Source: an uncultured Acidimicrobiaceae bacterium (GTDB lineage Bacteria; Actinomycetota; Acidimicrobiia; Acidimicrobiales; Bog-793). Taken from it: a stretch of 64,000 nt of DNA. The notes beneath the pieces are model-generated. The model was not told the origin of the DNA and ran no database searches. It saw only the letters and a program-made list of their open reading frames with translations. Shown piece by piece: positions 58,206 through 64,000 of this stretch. Each line of letters opens with the position of its first letter. Position 1 is the stretch's first letter. The stretch lies in NCBI GenBank assembly GCA_963831155.1, contig CAWHOY010000006.1:842987-906986 (forward strand), in the 5' to 3' direction. Position numbers and translations under genes: made by a program.

Positions 58206-59636
58206 GTGGGTACGACGACGGATTCAGAACAGCGCGACGAGGAATTCGACGTCGTCATCATCGGTGGCGGACCCGGCGGCTACGCGACCGCGCTCTACGG
58301 TGCAGCAGCCGGGCTCTCGATCGCAATGGTTGAAAAGGACAAGGTCGGGGGCACGTGCCTGCACCGCGGCTGCATTCCCGCCAAGGAGTTCTTGGAGACG
58401 GCCTCGGTTTTCCGTACCGTCGCGACGGCGAAGGAGTTCGGCATCGACGCCCGCCAGCCGTCGATCGATTTCTCGGTGAGCTTCGACCGCAAGCAGAAGG
58501 TCGTCGATCAGCTGTTCAGGGGCTTGAGCGGATTGCTCAAGCACCGCACGGTGACGACCGTCCCAGGTGTCGGTCAGCTGCAGGCCGATCATTCCGTGCG
58601 CGTGACGACGCCGGAAGGCGAAACGACGGTGCTGCGCGGAAAGCACATCGTTTTGGCGTCAGGATCCGTGCCGCGCTCTATCCCCGGATTCGACGTCGAC
58701 GGCCAGAGGATCCTCACTTCTGATGAGGTGCTCGACTTGTCGAGCCTGCCGAAGTCGGTCGCGGTGATCGGTGCCGGTGCGATCGGGTGCGAGTTCGCTT
58801 CGATGATGTCGGACCTCGGCTCGCAGGTGACCTTGCTCGAGGCATTGCCGTCGATCCTCCCCGGATGCGACAAAGAGGTCTCCGATGTCGTCGTGCGTTC
58901 GTTCAAAAAGCGCGGTATCGACATTCACGTCGGCGTCGCCGTCCGGGGCCACGATCCGAAAAAGCGCAACACCACTGTGATCTTCGGCGATAACGAGCGC
59001 GTCGAGGTCGACGCGGTGATCATCTCGGTCGGGCGCCGTCCGCTCTCCGACGGTTTGCTCGCAGAGGGGACCGGCGTCGACGTCGACGAGCGCGGGTTCG
59101 TGCGCGTCGATCCGTTCATGCGGACGAGCGCGCCGGGTGTCTTCGCCGTCGGTGACCTCGTCGAAACGCCGCAGCTCGCGCACGTCGGCTTCGCGGAAGG
59201 GATACTCGTGGTCAAAGAGATCCTCGGCGAAACCGCGATCCCCGTCGACTACGACAAGGTGCCGTGGTGCATCTACTGCCACCCGGAGGTCGCCTTCGCC
59301 GGCCTCAGCGAGGAAGCAGCACGCGCCCGCGGACTCGACGTCGTCGTGCAGCGCGATCCATACGGCGGCAACGGGCGGGCGCGCATCTTGGGCGAAACCG
59401 ACGGCCTCGTGAAGGTGATCGCGGAACGTGGCGATGACGGTCGCGCCGGCAGATTGCTCGGCGTGCACATGGTCGGGCCGTGGGTGACCGAGCAGCTCGG
59501 TCAGGCGTACCTTGCGGTGAACTGGGAGGCGACTCCCGACGAGATCGGACAATTCATCCAGCCGCACCCGTCGCTGTCGGAGACATTTGGCGAGGCGGTG
59601 CTCGCGCTGACCGGGAGGGGACTGCACGTTGGCTGA
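58206..59636 (+). CDS. lpd: dihydrolipoyl dehydrogenase (E3)
   Basis: FDVVIIGGGPGGY FAD motif and the redox disulfide GGTCLHRGCIPAKE. The start is tentative at GTG 58206, and GGAG directly abuts it, so the start is uncertain. The track ORF from TTG 58068 runs through an AT-richer stretch with atypical codons and is probably noncoding. Confidence 0.85.
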   Translation: MGTTTDSEQRDEEFDVVIIGGGPGGYATALYGAAAGLSIAMVEKDKVGGTCLHRGCIPAKEFLETASVFRTVATAKEFGIDARQPSIDFSVSFDRKQKVVDQLFRGLSGLLKHRTVTTVPGVGQLQADHSVRVTTPEGETTVLRGKHIVLASGSVPRSIPGFDVDGQRILTSDEVLDLSSLPKSVAVIGAGAIGCEFASMMSDLGSQVTLLEALPSILPGCDKEVSDVVVRSFKKRGIDIHVGVAVRGHDPKKRNTTVIFGDNERVEVDAVIISVGRRPLSDGLLAEGTGVDVDERGFVRVDPFMRTSAPGVFAVGDLVETPQLAHVGFAEGILVVKEILGETAIPVDYDKVPWCIYCHPEVAFAGLSEEAARARGLDVVVQRDPYGGNGRARILGETDGLVKVIAERGDDGRAGRLLGVHMVGPWVTEQLGQAYLAVNWEATPDEIGQFIQPHPSLSETFGEAVLALTGRGLHVG

Positions 59637-61755
59637 CATCACGATGCCGCAACTCGGTGAGACCGTCACCGAAGGGACGATCATCCGCTGGTTGAAGCAG
59701 ATCGGCGATCCCGTCGCGCTCGACGAGCCGCTCTTCGAGGTCTCCACCGACAAAGTCGACTCCGAAGTGCCGTCGCCGTTTGCCGGCATCCTTTCGAAGA
59801 TCTACATCCAAGAGGGAGAAACCGTCGATGTCGGCACGCGGCTCGCCGAGGTCGTGTCGTTGTCTTCGTCGACCGCAGAAGTGCCGGCCGCCGAGCCATC
59901 GACATTCGCGCCGCCAGCGGAGGCGCCGCCACCGCCCGCAGTACCCGAAGTGACGTCCGAGTGGGCGGCACCACCTCCACCTCCACCTCCTCCGCCGCCG
60001 CCACCTCCACCGCCGCCTCCGCCACCACCTCCTCCGGCGCCCGAGTACATCGCTTCGCCGCAGGTGCCGGAGCCGGCGTTCGCATCTGCGCCTCCGTCGC
60101 CACCTCCCCCGGCAGCCCCCGAGGCGGAACCGGCGACTGCGGAATGGGCACCACCACCTGCGCCGGCAGCCCCCGAGCCCGAACCTGTCATCTCGACCGC
60201 GGCATGGGCGCCACCACCTGCGCCGGCAGCCCCCGAGCCGGAACCGGCGACTGCGGAATGGGCACCACCACCTGCGCCGGCAGCGCCCGAGCCCGAACCT
60301 GTCATCTCGACCGCGGCATGGGCGCCACCAACTGCGCCAGCAGCCCCCGAGCCGGAACCGGCGACCGCGGAATGGGCACCACCACCTGCGCCGGCAGCGC
60401 CCGAGCCCGAACCTGTCATCTCGACCGCGGCATGGGCGCCACCACCTGCGCCGGCAGCCCCCGAGCCCGAACCGATCGTCCCGACAGCGGCATCGGCGCC
60501 ACCAACTGCAGCCGCGTCTCCGGCGGTGGAGCCCGATTTGTTAGAGGAACCCGAAGTTTCAGAGGAGGAGGAAAAAGAAGAAGAAGAAGAAGAAGAAGAA
60601 GAGCGCGTTCCGGTGGGTGCGGTTGCCACCACGGAAGTCTTGGAACGCGGGCACTCGTGGCGCGCGAGCGTGCTCTCTCCGGTCGTCCGGAAGCTGATCC
60701 GGGAAAACGACCTCGATCCGGGTGCGATCGCGGGCACCGGCGCCGGCGGTCGGATCACTCGCGACGACGTGCTCAGCTACCTTGCGTCTGCTGCGACGAC
60801 GACGGCGGTTGCGACCCAAGCGGCTACCGCAGCTCCCGCGCCCGCGAATGCACCGTCGCCTCCACAGGAGGCGCCGTCGCGCCCTTTGTATGCACCGTCG
60901 CCTCCACAAGAGGCGCCGTCGCGCCCTTTGTATGCACCGGAACCTCCACAAGCGGCGCCGTCGCATCCCGTGTATGCACCATCGCCTCCACAGGCGGCAC
61001 CGGCGCGTCCCGCGGTCGCGTCGCCGCCTGCGCCGGTCGGCGTGCGGGACGAGATCGTTCCGTTCTCCGCGGTTCGACGGGTCACCGCCGAGCACATGGT
61101 GCGCTCTGTCCAGACCTCGGTGCACACGCTTGTCGCGATCGAAGCGGACTTCGAGAACGTCGAGCGCGTTCGCAACGAACTCAAGGACCAGTTCCGTGTC
61201 GAAGAGGGCATCGGCCTGACGTATTTGCCGTTCGTGGCGCGTGCGGTGATCGACGTCCTTCACGACTACCCGAACCTGAACGCCTCGGTCGGCGACGACG
61301 CGCTCATCGTCCACCATGACATCCACCTCGGTATCGCCGTCGACCTACAGCGCGAGGGACTGATCGTTCCGGTGATCCACAACGCAGATGGCCAGTCATT
61401 GCGCGGCATCGCGCGATCGATCTCCGATATGGCACGGCGCGCTCGCGAAAAGCACCTGTCGGCAGACGACATCACCGGCGGCACGTTCACGATCACGAAT
61501 CCCGGGCCGTTCGGGACTTTCATCACCTCGCCGATCATCGCCCAGCCGCAGGTCGCGATCCTCTCCACCGACGGTGTGAAGCGGAAGCCTGTCGTGATGA
61601 CCGCACCGGACGGCACCGAATCGATCGGCATCCACTCGGTCGGCGTTCTGGCGCTGGTGTTCGACCATCGGGCCGTCGACGGCGCCTACGCGTCGGCGTT
61701 CGTGCGCGACGTCGCCTCGGTCATCGAGACACGCGACTGGCACGCCGAGCTGTAA
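59629..61755 (+). CDS. dihydrolipoamide acyltransferase (E2) with one lipoyl domain, PSBD and catalytic domain, and hyper-expanded linkers
   Basis: TTG 59629 after GGGAGGGG. The lipoyl domain is MPQLGETVTEGTIIRWLK...EVSTDKVDSEVPSP. The E3-binding domain is LSPVVRKLIRENDLDPGAIAGTGAGGRITRDDV. The catalytic domain has the DHRAVDG motif. There is an 8-nt overlap with lpd. Confidence 0.85.
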   Translation: MADITMPQLGETVTEGTIIRWLKQIGDPVALDEPLFEVSTDKVDSEVPSPFAGILSKIYIQEGETVDVGTRLAEVVSLSSSTAEVPAAEPSTFAPPAEAPPPPAVPEVTSEWAAPPPPPPPPPPPPPPPPPPPPPPAPEYIASPQVPEPAFASAPPSPPPPAAPEAEPATAEWAPPPAPAAPEPEPVISTAAWAPPPAPAAPEPEPATAEWAPPPAPAAPEPEPVISTAAWAPPTAPAAPEPEPATAEWAPPPAPAAPEPEPVISTAAWAPPPAPAAPEPEPIVPTAASAPPTAAASPAVEPDLLEEPEVSEEEEKEEEEEEEEERVPVGAVATTEVLERGHSWRASVLSPVVRKLIRENDLDPGAIAGTGAGGRITRDDVLSYLASAATTTAVATQAATAAPAPANAPSPPQEAPSRPLYAPSPPQEAPSRPLYAPEPPQAAPSHPVYAPSPPQAAPARPAVASPPAPVGVRDEIVPFSAVRRVTAEHMVRSVQTSVHTLVAIEADFENVERVRNELKDQFRVEEGIGLTYLPFVARAVIDVLHDYPNLNASVGDDALIVHHDIHLGIAVDLQREGLIVPVIHNADGQSLRGIARSISDMARRAREKHLSADDITGGTFTITNPGPFGTFITSPIIAQPQVAILSTDGVKRKPVVMTAPDGTESIGIHSVGVLALVFDHRAVDGAYASAFVRDVASVIETRDWHAEL
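59971..60036 (+). repeat. 22 consecutive proline codons (mixed CCA/CCT/CCG)
   Basis: Counted codon by codon in the E2 frame: 10 Pro codons at 59971-60000 and 12 at 60001-60036. Confidence 0.95.
60118..60519 (+). repeat. 114-bp tandem repeat, 3 near-identical copies plus a degenerate half copy, in-frame in E2 linker 1
   Basis: Each unit is a 54-bp sub-unit (PE(A/P)EPATAEWAPPPAPAA) plus a 60-bp sub-unit (PEPEPVISTAAWAPP(P/T)APAA). Copies lie at 60118-60231, 60232-60345 and 60346-60459, and differ by only a few nucleotides. A degenerate copy lies at 60460-60519. Confidence 0.95.
60577..60600 (+). repeat. (GAA)8 trinucleotide microsatellite within a poly-Glu tract (60562-60603)
   Basis: The sequence GAGGAGGAGGAAAAAGAAGAAGAAGAAGAAGAAGAAGAAGAG encodes EEEEKEEEEEEEEE. 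Confidence 0.95.
60850..61017 (+). repeat. 42-bp tandem repeat x4 (two near-identical, two diverged) in E2 linker 2
   Basis: It encodes APSPPQEAPSRPLY, APSPPQEAPSRPLY, APEPPQAAPSHPVY and APSPPQAAPARPAV. Confidence 0.9.
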
Positions 61756-61760
61756 CCGAG

Positions 61761-63418
<1,658 letters not shown>

Positions 63419-63422
<4 letters not shown>

Positions 63423-64000
63423 GCAGGACCGATCTCCGCGCGGCTCGCCGCGAACGCGCGGACAAGGTGCGCGCTCGGATCACCGAGCTCGAAATCGATG
63501 CGCTGCTGCTCTCGATCGGCGCCGATCTGCCGTGGCTCACCGGCTACCAGGCGATGCCGCTCGAGCGGCCGACCGTGTTGGTGTTCTCATCCGATGCCGA
63601 ACCGACCTTGGTTGTCCCGAGGCTCGAGGCGCCGCGTGTCGATCACGACGAGACGCTCTTTTCACTTCGCCCATACGAGGAGACCGAAGACGCTGTCGGG
63701 ATCGTCGCCGACCTCGTCGGCGAGCCCGACCACGTGGCGTTCTCGGACCGCGCCTGGGCGGGACTGATCTTGGAGTTGCAGGCGGCGTTACCCGACGCAA
63801 TGTTCGACTTGGCGTCGCAGGTGACCGGTCCGCTGCGAGCCGTGAAGGACGCCCACGAACAGGAGGCGATCGCGCAGGCGGGCGCGGCAGCAGATCGCGT
63901 CGCCGAGGCGCTCCTCGGCGGAGAGATCTTGCTCCTGGGCCGCAGCGAAGCCGACATATCGAGGGAGATCGGCGCGCGGCTGTTGGCCGAAGGCCATCAC
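63419..64000 (+). CDS. M24 family Xaa-Pro peptidase (creatinase-like N-domain), 5' part, continues past the window
   Basis: GTG 63419 overlaps the lipA stop (GTGA). The translation is VSRTDLRAARRERADKVRARITELEIDALLLSIGADLPWLTGYQAMPLERPTVLV...LRAVKDAHEQEAIAQAGAAADRV, typical of the PepP/PepQ N-terminal region. It is not in the ORF track because no stop lies in the window. Confidence 0.65.

Noticed and set aside
59802-60758. Minus-strand ORF encoding a long poly-Gly/Ala/Ser protein
   Set aside because: It is the reverse complement of the E2 Pro/Ala-rich linker (poly-Pro reads as poly-Gly). The plus-strand frame is anchored by lipoyl, PSBD and catalytic domains.
59971-61017. Whether the tandem repeats could be a CRISPR array or minisatellite outside genes
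   Set aside because: The repeats are contiguous with no unique spacers, stay in-frame, and lie between conserved E2 domains. There are no cas genes in the window.

Overview
High-GC (about 65-70% in sampled stretches) actinobacterial-type chromosomal segment. It is densely coding with about 50 genes. I recognised no rRNA, tRNA, CRISPR array, transposase or integrase.

The left third (0.2-24.4 kb) is a transporter and regulator block:
- two LuxR-type regulators
- a complete Opp/Dpp-type peptide ABC operon on the minus strand
- a TauE/SafE exporter
- a double-FtsX permease with no adjacent ATPase
- a DHA2 MFS pump
- a second Opp/Dpp-type system with two tandemly duplicated binding-protein genes, two permeases and a convergent fused double ATPase

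The remainder is mostly housekeeping with mycobacteria-like synteny: dapB, typA, dapA-rnj, ftsK, sufCSU, thiE, aceE, rnhA, cysDN, lpd-E2-lipB-lipA, M24 peptidase. It is interrupted by a FliA/WhiG-type sigma factor divergent from a membrane GGDEF-EAL protein, an uncharacterised acyltransferase-like gene, and a lower-GC gene for a secreted NHL-propeller/FN3 protein.

Most notable observations:
1. lipB and lipA form one uninterrupted ORF.
2. The E2 acyltransferase carries a highly expanded linker: 22 consecutive Pro codons, a near-identical 114-bp tandem repeat, a (GAA)8 tract and a 4x42-bp repeat.
3. The duplicated binding-protein genes share a conserved leader whose hairpin sits next to the RBS.

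Caveat: three genes (PAS-LuxR, FMN reductase, MFS) each show a single-site frameshift. The assembly may therefore contain indel errors, or these are real pseudogenes. This tempers the fusion call.

I did not find a clear-cut novel multi-gene system such as a defence island. The candidates below are ranked honestly. All calls come from reading translations and motifs by eye; no searches were run.
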